Below are positions 50,056 to 62,567 of a stretch of 64,000 nucleotides of DNA, one piece after another. The position numbers and the translations under genes are program-made. Positions within the stretch are counted from its first letter, which is position 1. Every line of letters begins with the position of its first letter. The notes beneath the pieces were generated by a model. It worked only from the letters and a program-made list of their open reading frames with translations. It was not told the DNA's origin and did not search any database. This DNA is from Mobula hypostoma (lineage: Eukaryota): positions 82,338,001-82,402,000 of the forward strand of contig NC_086097.1 of NCBI RefSeq assembly GCF_963921235.1. The letters are read 5' to 3'.

Positions 50056-50323
50056 AGCATTCTCAGTTTTTTTAAAAATTTTAATTGCACTCGATTCTAA
50101 GTAGCCTCCTCTTTTGCTTTTCTTGTTATTCAAGCCTTGCAAGAAATCTGGAAGAAATCAGAGAAAGTGCTGAAAATACTTAGCCTCTGTGGGGAGAGGA
50201 ACATAGTTGACAGTTCAGATCATTAATTGTTAGTGAACGGTCAACAAACTAGAGCATTGAAGCTGATTATAACTCTATAAATGCTGCTTGACTGACTGAG
50301 TACATCCAACTCTCCCTGTTTGT

Positions 50324-50592
50324 TTGGTTTTTCTTGGCGTGTGCCTGCGCATCTGTGCGTGTGTGGGTGAGTGGGCGATGTTGGTGGGACGATGTCTTTT
50401 TCATGCCTTTACAAGGTGTGGAGCGAGAGAGAGAGAGACTGTGTGGCGCGCCACTCCCCACACAGATGTGATCTCGACTCTCAACCCGGCACGGCTGGAA
50501 AGTGTACTCGGGAGCGGACCCGGCTGGGTTCAAACCTGGGAACCTCCGTTCCAGAGTCCAGCGCTGATGTCATTGCACCACCAGCCGGCCAG
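50324..50592 (-). mobile_element. tRNA-derived SINE with 14-bp TSD
   Basis: Minus: TGGTGCAATG A-box, GGTTTGAACCC B-box; TSD CTCTCCCTGTTTGT. Confidence 0.85.
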
Positions 50593-53425
50593 CTCTCCCT
50601 GTTTGTACAAATGAGGTCCTTATTAATCCCACTTAGACTGTACTAACTAGCTTGGTATAAAAATATGAATTCTGAAAGTAGAAATTCATTATTTGTTGCC
50701 TTATTGTGATGGAATACCAAGTATTTTGGATCTGTGTATTCATTAGATGAAAGATTGCTGTAATCACTGAATTACTGCAGGGCCGCATGACGGGCTATCA
50801 TGGCCACTATATCTGATTCCAACAACACACAGCAAAGTTCGTAGCAATCCAAGTTACTTCATACTTGCGTCCCTATTCACATGTAGTGAAGCTGCGATTG
50901 ACTGTACAATTCAGAAGTGATTTGGTCTATCTTAAGCTGTTTCAGTGATGGCGTTAATGAAAAGCTGTTGGAAGACGTATTTTTGAGAGAAATATTTTGT
51001 GAAGTGGATGAAAGTAACTTCAGACATTTTCAGCAGTTAACTGAATAGCTTTCATACCTTTGGATGTATCACTCATAATTTAAATGGTGGCTCATCAACC
51101 AACACCACATTAGCTGTTCAATACATCTACTTTAAATGAATAAACATAGGACTATGTTCAGAAAGTTAAATGTGGCTGCTTTGGAGGGCCACTTTAATAC
51201 AAACATATGATTTAAGATGACTTGAGGAAATAAACATATATTTCTTTAAGAAAACTTTTGAGAGAGGTACTTGAATGTTTCCCCTCTAACTGACAAGCTT
51301 TTGTCACAAATGAAGTGGAAAATTGATATGAAATCACAGAATAAATTATATTACAGAAAATAAAATACTGCAGATGCTGCAAGTCTGAAATGACAACAGA
51401 AAATGCAAGAAACAATGATGTAAGATTAAAATGTTGGCATGTATTGAACTGGATAGAGAAGATATAGTTTAAATTAAGGAAGAAAACTTGTGTTGCAAAA
51501 TTTGAGAGGAAAGGTTTGCCTTGGAAAATGAAAAATCCTTGTAAGTTCATGAAAAAGTAATTTGGATGCGTCTGAACAGCTTGCGCTATGGATAATTAAT
51601 GTAATAGCAAGGAATTCTGAGAGTGCCCTAACAGCAGGAAGAAATAAGCACATAAAAATTTACCTGCATACTTTCCCATTCTTAAAGGAACATTCATCAT
51701 CTTCCTGTAAAATTGGTAAAGGTGATGAAATGTGTAACAACTGTTTATAAACAACAGAATTGGGTGACATATTTTCAGTCTTGAAATGACATATGTTACT
51801 GGTTAAATGTCTCACATGACTAGCTGGCATTCTCAAATCACTGATCTGAGAAAGTGGTTCCCAAGGGGGTGCACACCACAGTATATAACCAGCGCTCTCC
51901 CAGCTGTGGGGCAGTGCTGACACGGAATAGATGCGTGTCCCGGTAATGGAAGGGGAGTGCCAAGAGAACTTGCACAAGTTGCCGACTAGCAGTGCACACA
52001 GCAGGCAACTTTGTGGTGCCAGGGCATCTCTGTCAGGAAGCATCTGTAAGGACATGAACATCCTCCATGACTATTTGCTCTGATTCTGCAATATACAATT
52101 GCACAAAATTGTGATGAACATGATGTTTATCTGTACGATATGAGCAGACATCTCAGTCAAGGATCCAAAAAAAAACCCTCAAGAATAGACAATAAATTAA
52201 ACTGAACTTTAAACAATTAGTATATTCAACCCCAACTCAGTTACAAGAGAATTGCACCTTAGGAATGGTTGCTAAATGCACTGGTGATACTAAATAGGTA
52301 AGAAAGCAAATTGAGAAAATGTAAGAAGATGATAAAGCGTAAGTAAGGGAGCAAAGATCTGGAAAATGGAGTGCAATGTGGTAAATGTGAACTTCACTGC
52401 TTTGCCAGGAAAAGCAAGTTGAAGCATACTATTTGAATGCTAAGAGATTCAAGAAGTCTGATTTGCAGAGAGATCTGTTTGTGTTAATGAATGATTCACT
52501 AAAGGCATTAAGTGGGCCAGGATGTTTCTTGTGAACTCTTTGTATTGCATTCAGACAACTGGTGAATATTTCATCATCTTGCTGATTTGTGCCTTGCGAG
52601 GATAACCACCATCTGATCAGCTTTTGTAGCCACGCTATTTACTTGGCTGCTCAGTTTGAGTTTCTGATCAATGGTGATCTGCAGGATGTAGATAATGGGG
52701 AAGTTGACAGTGGTAATGTCATTGAATATGAAGAGTGGGTGGTTAGATTCTCTCTCATTGGACATGGTTGCAGCTCAAACCTTTCTAGCCAAGTTACTTG
52801 CAGCTGCTCAGTGCGTGACTAATTAAGACTATGAGACATGGGAGCAGAATTGGCCCATTCAGCCCACTGAGTCTGCTCTACCAGTCCATCAATGCTGATT
52901 TATTATTCCTCTCAACCCCATTCTCCTGCCTTCTCCCTGTAACTTTAGACACCCTGGCTAATCAAGAATCTATCAACCTCTACTTTAAATATATTCAATG
53001 ACAGTGGCAATGAATTCCACAGATTCACTGCCCTCTGACTAAAGAAATTTCTCCTCATCTCTGTTCTAAGTGGATGCCTCTCTATTTTCAGGCTGTGCCC
53101 TCTGGTCCTAGACCAATATTCAATAGGTTTCAATGTGACCCCCACCTCATTCTTCTAAACTCCAGTAAGTACAGGCCCAGAGCCATCAAATGCTCTTCAT
53201 ATGTTAGCTCTTTCATTCCCAGAATCATTCTAGTGAACTTCCTCTAGACTCAATGCCTTTTAAAGCCTCACCATTACTCCATTGAACTTATACTATAGTC
53301 CTCTCAAAATGAATGCTAACATTGTGTTTGCCTTCCTCACTGTTGGCTCAACCTGCAAGTTAACTTTAAAGGAATCCTGCACAAGGATTCCCAAGTCCCT
53401 TTGCACCCTGATTTTTGAATTTCCT

Positions 53426-53582
53426 AACAAGAGAAAATCTGCAGGTGCTGGAAAACCAAAGCAACGCACAGGCCAGGCAGCATCTGATGAAGGGTCTCGG
53501 CCCGAAATGTCGACTGTTTAATCTTTTTCAAAGATGCTGCTTGGCATGCTGAGTTCCTCTAGCATTTTGTGTGTGTTGCTTA
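53426..53582. mobile_element. Short PLE-derived hairpin insertion with 9-bp TSD inside CR1
   Basis: TSD GAATTTCCT at 53417-53425 and 53583-53591; inverted PLE ends. Confidence 0.88.
53484..53516 (+). ncRNA. Hammerhead ribozyme core lacking the helix I 5' strand
   Basis: CTGATGA-AGGGTCTCGGCCC-GAAATGTC-GACTG; upstream CAGTC replaced by the inversion junction. Confidence 0.6.
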
Positions 53583-54154
53583 GAATTTCCTCCTCATTTA
53601 GAAAATAGTCTATGCCTTTATTCTTGCTACCAAAGTGAATGATCACACACTTCTCAACACTATATTGCCTCTGCCACTTGTTTGCCCATTTTTCCAATCT
53701 GCCTAATCTCTTCTGCCGACTCCCTGCTTGCTCAACAATACCTACCCATCCACCTATCATCTGCAGACTTGGCCACAAAGCTTTCAATTCTGTCATCCAA
53801 ATCATTGACATATAAAGTGAAAAGAAGCAGTCCAAACACTGACCCCTGCAGAACACCACGAGTCACTGGCAGCCATCTAACAAAAGCCCCCTTTATTCCC
53901 ACTCTTGGCCTCCAGGTGTCAGCCAATCTTCTGTTCATGCTAATATCTTACCTGTAATATAATGGGCTCTTGTTAAGCAACTTCATGTGCGGCACCTTGC
54001 CAAATCCAAGTTATGACTAAAGGTTTTGTTACCCAGATAATTGGAAATACAAGGTCTGTAGCAGAAGAGTTGCAAATGGAATTTGACATCTTATAGTCGT
54101 CAGTGAGCGTCCCTACTTTGACCTTATGATTAAAGGAGAACATTGACGAATTAA

Positions 54155-54712
54155 CACACACAAAATGCTGGCAGGATCTCAGCAGGTCAGGCAGAACCTA
54201 TGGAAATGTATAAACAGTCGAAGTCTTGGGTTGAGGCCCTTCATCAGGACGGGAAAGAAGGGGGAAGACACCAGAATAAAAAGGTGGGGGGAGGGAAGGA
54301 GGATAGCTGGAAGGTGATAAGTGAAGCCAGGTGAGTGAGAAAGGCAAAGGACTGGAGAGGAAGGAATCTGTTAGGAGAGGAGAGTGGATCGTGGGACAAA
54401 GGGAAGGAGGAGAGTACCGAGGGGGAGGTGATAGACAGGTGAGAAGAGGTAAGAGATGGTAGAAGAAGAAACGAGGGGAAGGGGAATTTTTTTTTACCGG
54501 AAGCAGAAATCGATGTTCATGCCATCAGGTTGGAGGCTACCCAGATGGGTTAAAGGGTATTGCCCCTCCTCCCTGAAGGTGGCCTCATTGTGACACAAGA
54601 GGAGGTCATGTCAGAACGGCAATGGAAATCAGAATTAAAATACTTGGCCACCAGGAAGTACAACTTTTGGTGGTTGGAGTGGAAATGCTCGACAAAGTGG
54701 TCCCCCCAATTC
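54155..54712 (-). mobile_element. Penelope-like element 3' end
   Basis: Minus: GDHFVEH...VAKYFNSDFH.RSDM; UTR; degenerate hammerhead at 54215-54252. Confidence 0.85.
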
Positions 54713-55299
54713 ATGACAGGTACATCCAGGAATACGAGTCGGTTGCTACTTTTTCTTTCCATTGTAAACTTGATGTTGCTGAATATGTTGTTGACTTGGT
54801 TAAAGGTATCGTCTAATCATTTTGTTTGCGTATGACGAAGATACCATCTATGTATTGAACCCAGAGTTTGGGTTTGAGGACAGGAAATGCTATCTTGTCT
54901 ACCTTTTGCATAATAGCCTCGGCAATGAAGCTGAATGTTGGTGATTCCAACATGACATAAATACTGGGAACATTTCCCATGAGGCCGGATGGTGAAGGGT
55001 GGGATAAAATAAAGAATGAGAGTGTGATACTTGGAAGGGAGGAGTGCAGATGGAAAAGCAGAGCATCAAAGGAAGGAAGGAGAGAAGGGTGTCTGGAAAA
55101 TGGAGAAGGAGATAAGAGGTAGCACGTGAGAGGCAGAGTAAGAGTGGTTTGCAGATGGGAACATTAAAGGCAGGGAGATTCTGTGGTGGGAGGTTTTAAG
55201 GGTGAGAGGGATGTAGGAGAGTGTGGGAGTGTGAAGAGTGGACATTCTCTGCAATTAATGCTCATAGTACACCATTCCAAATGTCATGAGATCCTTACT

Positions 55300-56542
55300 A
55301 ACATTAATGCTCAGAAATGCAATCAAACTCGAAATGGCATTCAACCCAGAGTTTTACATGACCTTCACTCCTCGTCTGCCACACCTAAAGACCTGTGCTG
55401 ATCAACTGGCTGGAGTGTTCGCTGATATCTTTAGCCACTCGCTTCAGCTGTCTGAAGTACTCACCTGCTTCAAGTAGGCTTCAATTATACTGGTGCCTGA
55501 GAAGAGTGTGGTGACCTGCCTCAGTGACTCTCATCCAATCACACTTACATCCACTGTGATAAAGTGCTTTGAGAGGATGATGACTAAACATATCAATTCC
55601 TGCCTGAGATCTACTCTGGTAAGTGAGAAGTGGATGAGGTGTTATTAGGCTGTAGTTTATGTGAAGTTTGATATTTAAAGAATTGTACATAGCTTGAAGC
55701 AAGGTGCACCAGCATATTAGAAGCAAAGCATAATTTTGCCTACTGGCGCAATAGATGACATTTCATTGGTTCTCCACTCAACCCTGGAACATCTGGACAG
55801 CAAAGAAAAATACACCAGGATGCTCTTCATTGACTACAGCTTGGGATTTAACTCTATCATCCCCTCAAAACTGAACAATAAACTTCAAGTACTTGGCTTC
55901 AATACCCACCACCCACCATGGAATTGGATCCTCGATTTCCTCACTTGCAGACCCCAGTCAGTTCAAATTGGCAACAACATCTCCTCCATAATCTCCATCA
56001 GCGCCTAAAGGTTGTGTGCTTAACCCTAGTTCTGCTCGCTTTATAATTATGACTGTAAGGCTAACAACGACTCCAATGACATATTTAAGTTTGTTGACAA
56101 CACCACAGTCACTGGCCGGATCAAAGGTCATGACGAATCAACATATGGGAGGGAGATTGAAAATCTGGCTGAGTGGTGCCATAACAACAACCTCTCACTC
56201 AATGTCAGCAAGACCAAGGAACTGATCATTGACTTGAGGAGGAAATCAGAGGTCCATGAGCCAGTCCTCATCAGGAGATCAGAGGTGGAGAGGATCAGCA
56301 ACTTTAAGTTCTTCAGTGTTATCATTGCAAAGGATCTCTCCTGGTCCAGAACGTAAGTGCCATCATGGCGGCACCTCTACTTCCTTAGAAATTTACAAAG
56401 GTTCAGCATGACATTTAAAACTTTGACAAACTTCTATAGATGTGTGGTGGAGAGTATATTGACTGCGTGCATCATGGCCTGGCACAGAAACACCAATACC
56501 CTTGAATGGAAAATCCTACAAAAAGTGGTGGATACCACCCAA
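55300..56542 (+). mobile_element. Decayed Rex1/Babar LINE RT region
   Basis: [54 protein letters not shown]. Confidence 0.9.
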
Positions 56543-56985
56543 ACAACACACACAAAATGCTGGAGGAACTCAGCAGGCCAGGCAGCATCTATGGGAAAGA
56601 GCACAGTTGACATTTCAGGCCAAGACCCTTTGTCAGGACTGGAGGAAAAAAGATGAGGAGTAGATCTAAAAAGTGGAGGGAGGGGAGTGAGAAACACAAG
56701 GTGATAGGTGAAACTGGGAGGGGAAGGGATGGAGTAAAGTGCTGGGAAGATGATTGGTGAAAAGATACAAGTCTAGAGAAGGGAGAGTATGATAGAGGAG
56801 GACAGAAGGCCAAAGAAAAGCAGGGGAGCACCAGAGGGAGGTGATGAGCAGGCAAGGAGAAAAGGTGAAAGTGGGAAAAGGGGATGGGGAATGGTGAAGG
56901 GGAGGGGCTTTATCAGAAGTTCAAGAATTCAATGTTTATGCCATAGGGTTGGAGGCTACCCAAGCAGAATATAAAGTGTTGTTCA
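56543..56985 (-). mobile_element. Penelope-like element 3' end
   Basis: Terminal repeat, degenerate hammerhead at 56604-56641, minus LGSLQPYGINIEFLNF*. Confidence 0.85.
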
Positions 56986-57852
56986 ACTGATGAATTGGTA
57001 GAATGGGCAAAAAAGTGGCAAATTGAATACAGTATTGGGAAATGTATGATAATGCATTTTGGTAAAGGGAACAATAATGCGGACTATTATCTAAATGAAG
57101 AGAAGATTCAAACATCAGAAGTGCAGAGGGACTTAGGAGATCTCATGCAAGACTCCCTGAAGGTTAATTACAAGTTGAGTCTGTGGTAAAGAAGGCAAAT
57201 GCAATGTTGGCATTTATTTCAATGGGAATAGAATATAAAAGCAAGGAGATAATGTTGAGGCTTTATAAGACACTAGTCAGCCAGCATTTGGAGTATTATC
57301 AACAGTTTTGGGCCCCATATCTGAGAAAGGATGTGTTGTCGTTGGAGAGAATCCAGAAGAGGTTCACGGGGATGATTCCGGGGATGAAGGAGTTAACATA
57401 TGAGGAGCATTTGGCAGCTTTGGGCCTGTACTCAGTGGAATTTAGAAGAATGCAGGGGGATCTCATTGAAACCTATTGAGTGTTGAAAGGACTAGATAAG
57501 ATGGATGTGGAGAGGATGTTTCCTTTGGTGGGGGTATCCTGAACTAGAGGACTCAGGCTCAAAATTGAGGGAGAACAGTTTAGAACAGAGGTAAGGAGGA
57601 ATTTTTTTAGCCAGTGAGTAGTGAATCTGTGGCATACTCTGCTACAGACTGCGGTGGCAGCCAAGTCCGTGGGTATATTTAAGGAGGAAGTAGATAGTTT
57701 CCTGATCGGTCAGGCCATCAAAGGATATGGTGAGACGGCAGGTGGATGGGTTTGAGTGGGATCCGGGATCAGCCATAATGGAATGGCGGAGCAGACTCGA
57801 TGGACTGAATGGCCTAATTCTGCTTCCATATCTTATGGTCTTATAGTCTTAC
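56986..57852 (+). mobile_element. CR1 LINE 3' portion
   Basis: EWAKKWQ...KKANAMLAFI...LYKTLV..HLEY..QFWAPYLRKD; (TCTTATGG)-like tail. Confidence 0.92.
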
Positions 57853-58434
57853 ATACAGCCTATGTATTTGATAATAAATTTCCTTTGAACTTGGGACTTA
57901 TCTGAAACAAAGGTCAATAATCCATGAAAGATTTTAGCTTTTTAAAAAATTTGTCTATTAACTTGGATTTTTAAATCTCGATGTTCCTGATGTCTGAACA
58001 CTTAATGAAAAACATACTGTACTCTATGTTTCTTGGTTCAAAAGTGGATGAGCTCATCTACACTTTCACTGAGTTTGACTTGTCATTGTTTGTCTCAGTC
58101 TGCGAACCTACTATAGGTCCTCTGCCAACCTGTCCTCCCAACAGCACTCTATACATTCAACCTGGCATTGCCAGTGCTTTTATTGTTTACCTGGGTCTTA
58201 CTGTTCGGTTCTATTTATCTCCTTTAAACATAAACCCTGGTTTACTTGGGAGTGCGTTAGGGCATGCTGGGAGTGTGACCCAGTAGGTAGGTGGCGGGCA
58301 GAAGAAGCACTCTAGGTCCATCTATCTGCTGACAACTATGTTTATGTCATGATTGGGTACTGCAGCAGTGTGAAAACCATCCAGGTCCCAAAAACTCCCA
58401 GACCCCTCAAACTGAGGGCAACAAATGGGAGACG

Positions 58435-60425
58435 TTCAAGTATTTAATGTCACTTCCAGCACACAACTGTACAGGCAAACAAAATAATTATTACTCTGGA
58501 TCTGACGCAGCACAAAAAAAACACAATAAGATAAAGAACACAATAAATATAAAAGCATAAGGTAGTTTTTATACATAGGCTGATTGTATATTCATAAAGT
58601 TCCGCTTGTCACAAAAGTGGGGAGCAAGGGTGGACCCAAATGCATGCACACAAACATATCTTGTGAGGCTAACTTAAATTGAGTTTATTGCTCGTTACAA
58701 GGAGAGCAAAGCAGAAGCAGGAATAGCATACTGGACAAGGACCCAGGCCCTGGACTAGGCTGGGACTAAGGGTCTGGGCTAGGACTCGGAACACAGACCT
58801 CGGGGCCAGGACTTGATACTTGAAGCCTCCAGGGCCAGGACTTGAAACTTGAAGCCTCTGGAGCCAGAAACTCTTCTTATTCACAGGATGGACTTAGACA
58901 CAGGACATAAAATATTGAGCCGGGAATCCTCCTTAGACACAGGACGGAGTCGGGACTCTTCTTGTCACAGGGTCAGGACCCTTCCAGGGTACAGGGCTGG
59001 GACCCCTTTTAGACGGAGGACATGGATACGGAGACCACACAGCGATGGACAGTACTATAACTGGGCACAAGTACGCTCCAAGCCGCGGTGAGCTCCTGAC
59101 TCACACCGGTGGGTTAACTTTGACTGACCCACTCTGACAAGGGAAGGCGGCTTGCTGGCGCTTGCTCCGGCCAGATGACATTGGCTCGCAGTACCTTCGG
59201 TGACTTCGTTAACGCTCTCGCCCCGAATGGCTGAAAGCCGGAGACTTATAAACTGCCGGTTCAGCCGAGAGTAAATTGCCTCTAATCACCAAGCCCAAGG
59301 GACACAGGAAAACAGGGAACCAAAGGGAAACAGGGAGTCAATGGTCCGGATCGTAACATAAACAAAGTAAGTTTAAAGGGAACCCGATCCGGACCATGAC
59401 ACCGCTAGGTACAGGAGTCTGCACATAAGGTGACTCTGACAGCAAGGAATAAAGCAGTGGTGGTGGGTTGATGGGTGAGGTGTTGGGGCAGTTTTGCTGC
59501 TTGGGGAAAGTAACTATCTTTGAGTCTGGTGGTCCTGGCATGGATGCTATGTAGCCTCCTCCCTAATGGGAGTGGGACAAACAGTCCATGAGCAGGGTAG
59601 GTGGGATCCTTCGTGATGTTACAGATCCTTTTCTGGTACCTTTCGGTACATATATGTGCTTGATAGCAGGTAGGCTGGTACCAGTGATGCATTGGAATTT
59701 TGACTACCCATTGTAAAGGGTTCCTGCCGGCTACAATGCAGTTTCTGGAGCATGCAGTGATGCAGCATGTCAGGATGCTGTCTATTGTGCGTCTGTAGAA
59801 GGACGTGAGTATAGGTGTGCAAAGTCCAGCTCTCTTCAGCCTGCTTCAGAAAGTAGAGGTGCTGGTGAGCTCTCCTGACCATGTAGGATATGTTCTGAGA
59901 CCATGAGAGGTTTTGTAAGATGCGCATGACCGGGAATTCGAAACTGCTCGCAATTTCTACTACTGTGCTGCCAATATAAAGAGGGGTGTTTAGAATGCAA
60001 ATTCTCCTGAAATCGGTAACCATCTCCTCTGTCTTGTTGACTTTGAGGAAGAGGTTATTTGCCTGGCACCAGGCCTTGAGCTCTTCCACCTCCTCTCTGT
60101 AGGCTGACTCATTGTTGTCGGTGATGGGCCCCACCACTGTCATGCCATCAGCAAACTTGACAATGTGATTCCTGGGATGTTTGGCCGTGCAATCATGTGT
60201 GAGCAGAGTGTGGAGCAGTGGGCTCAGCACACAGCCCTGGGGGCACCCCTATTGGGGAGGATGGGGAGGATGGGGAGGATGGAGTGGTTGTGCATCCTGA
60301 CTGTCTGAGGTCTGTTGGTTAGGGAGCCCAACACCCAGTTACACAGTGGTGTATTTAGACCAAGGAGTAGGAGTTTACTAAAGACAGAGGTCTGTGTTTG
60401 CTGGAAGGAATTCTTTGATAAGCTC
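58435..60425 (-). mobile_element. Decayed Rex1/Babar LINE 3' portion, split by a solo LTR
   Basis: Minus: [55 protein letters not shown]. Confidence 0.88.
58607..59401 (-). mobile_element. Solo LTR (Gypsy-type)
   Basis: TGTCA...TGACA ends; perfect 5-bp TSD CCGCT; minus-strand TATAA (~59247) and AATAAA (~58684). Confidence 0.92.
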
Positions 60426-62567
60426 CTCAACACAGTATGTTCTAAACATGAGTGCCCTTGGCTCCATCCCTGAGCAAACTCTCTAGTCCAGTCTCATTGC
60501 TGACCCTGACTGACGTGCAGAAGAGGCTGTATGCTAACAGAAAAATGGCAGGCCTTGGCAGCAAACATTATACTCAGAAATTTCAGGCACAAATTCTCAC
60601 CTGTGAAGGGAGGGAAATTTGTGCCTTGCACTAAGTAGCTGCACAACAAACTACCTAGCTTTCACTGTGCAACTCTCTCTGACAATAAAGGCCCACAATA
60701 TAGCAATGTTAGTTTGAGTAGTTCTGTATTTTGTTGCAGAAACATTGAAAATACTGTGGGGATATTGCGCTTTGATTGGCGTACGCTTGAAATAGTGACT
60801 TGTGCTGCCTAATTGAAGTACAGAATATGTCAGGTGCATGAGCCTGAAATTTTTTGTGTGCTTTTTCAAAAGTTGTAATTGATGTGTAAGCAACTCAGTG
60901 AACCAATCCCAAAGTAGCTCCTTCAACTATTCTACTCTTTGCTAAAGTCTGTTTTTACAAATGAGCCCAAGTAGGTGACTACAGAAGCAAACAAGCCCCA
61001 AAAAAGTCAAATTGACTTTTTAAAAGATGAAACCAGGCCACTTACAATTTCACACAATTTAACGAATCTTGGACAGTAGTCTTTGGTCGCTGGTGCAATT
61101 CCCCTTAAAGACAGTGAAAGAGAGGGCGCTGTGCTGGTTTTAAAGTTCATCTAAGGAGATGAGGCTTCCAGCTTCCACTACCAACCATGTTGCTGGCAAA
61201 GGTACGGCCTCTCGTAAATAAAATTGATGACCTAAGAGTAAGATTGCTGTATCAGGAGGACATTAGGACTCATTGTGTTTTTTTTGTTTCACGGAGCCTT
61301 GGATGTCCACCGCCATTCTGGGTGCAGTGATACAGCTCACTGGCTTCACAATTCACTGCCAACATAGGTCCGCTGAGTCTCTCAAAGGCAGAGGGGATGG
61401 AGTACACTATACGACCAACTCTTTATGGTGGTGCTGCCCAACCCCGCTCACCCGCTCTGGGACATCTCGTGATCAAGTGTAACCACTTTTTCTGCCGCAG
61501 GAGTTTTCAGCCTTTGTCTTGGTAGTGACAGACATTCCACCTCAGGCCGATGTCAAACAGGCTGTAGACAAACTGAGTGACGTAATCAATAGGCGTGAAA
61601 CAGCGCATCCTGATGCCTTCCCCATCATTCTGGGGGATTTTAACTTGACCAGATTATTAAATGTCTAAGTAATTATTACCAACATATTACTTGCAGAACC
61701 AGAGAAGCCAACACACTGGACCATAGTACACTATTATTAATAGTGCTTACCCTGACATCCCACACCCTTTCTTTAGAAAGTCTAATCATCTGGCTGTAAT
61801 TCAACTCCCTGAGTATAGACAGAGACTGAAGACTGCAGCATCCATAGTGAGGACCAAGAAGGTATGGACGAGAGAAGCACAGGAACGATACAGGGCTGCT
61901 TTGAGTCAGTGGACTGGAATGTGTTCAGGGATTCGTCTTTTGAGTCTGAATGAGTAAGCCACAGTAGTCACTGATTTCATTAAAACCTATGTTGATGAGC
62001 GTGTGCCGATGAGAACATATTATATGTACATACCCAAATCAAAAGCCATAGAGGAACCAGATTAATAGTCTGCTGAGGGCCAGATCTGTGGTATTCGTCT
62101 CGTGAGCCAGGACTACACAAGAAGGCCAGATGCAACTTACAAAGGGCTATCTCAAAAGAACAATTCAGAACGAGGTGAGAGGTGACATCGGATGCATGTC
62201 AACTCTAGTAGGGTTTGCAGACCATTACTTTCTACAAGTCGAAACCTAACATCATGAATGGCAATGATGCTTCACTCCCAAACGAGTTCAAAGCCTTTTA
62301 TGCTGGCTTTGAAAGGGAGAATAAAACTACAGCTATGAGGATCCCTGCAGCACCACGTGACCCTGTGATCTTTGTCTCAGAAAAGTGGTCAGATTGTCCT
62401 TCGAGGGTGAATCCTCACAAGGTGACAGCCCCCTATGGGGTAGAGTACCTAGTAGTGCTCTTAAAACCTGTGCCAACCAACTGGCAGGTGTGTTCAAAGA
62501 CACTTTCAATCCCTAATTACTACAGTTGGAAGTTCCCACCTGCTTTAATCATGCCAATGCCCTACAA

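Larger units (their letters stand above)
52826..54010 (-). mobile_element. CR1 LINE RT and 3' end
   Basis: VTRGVLQGSVFGLLLFTLYVNDLD...KSADD; RTRGHSLKI...RNFFSQRAVNLWNSLP. Confidence 0.92.

Noticed and set aside
50520..50592. tRNA gene
   Set aside because: A/B boxes belong to a TSD-flanked SINE head; no complete cloverleaf evident
51660..52061. 133-aa minus ORF in GC-richer unique DNA
   Set aside because: No recognisable motifs or convincing splice signals
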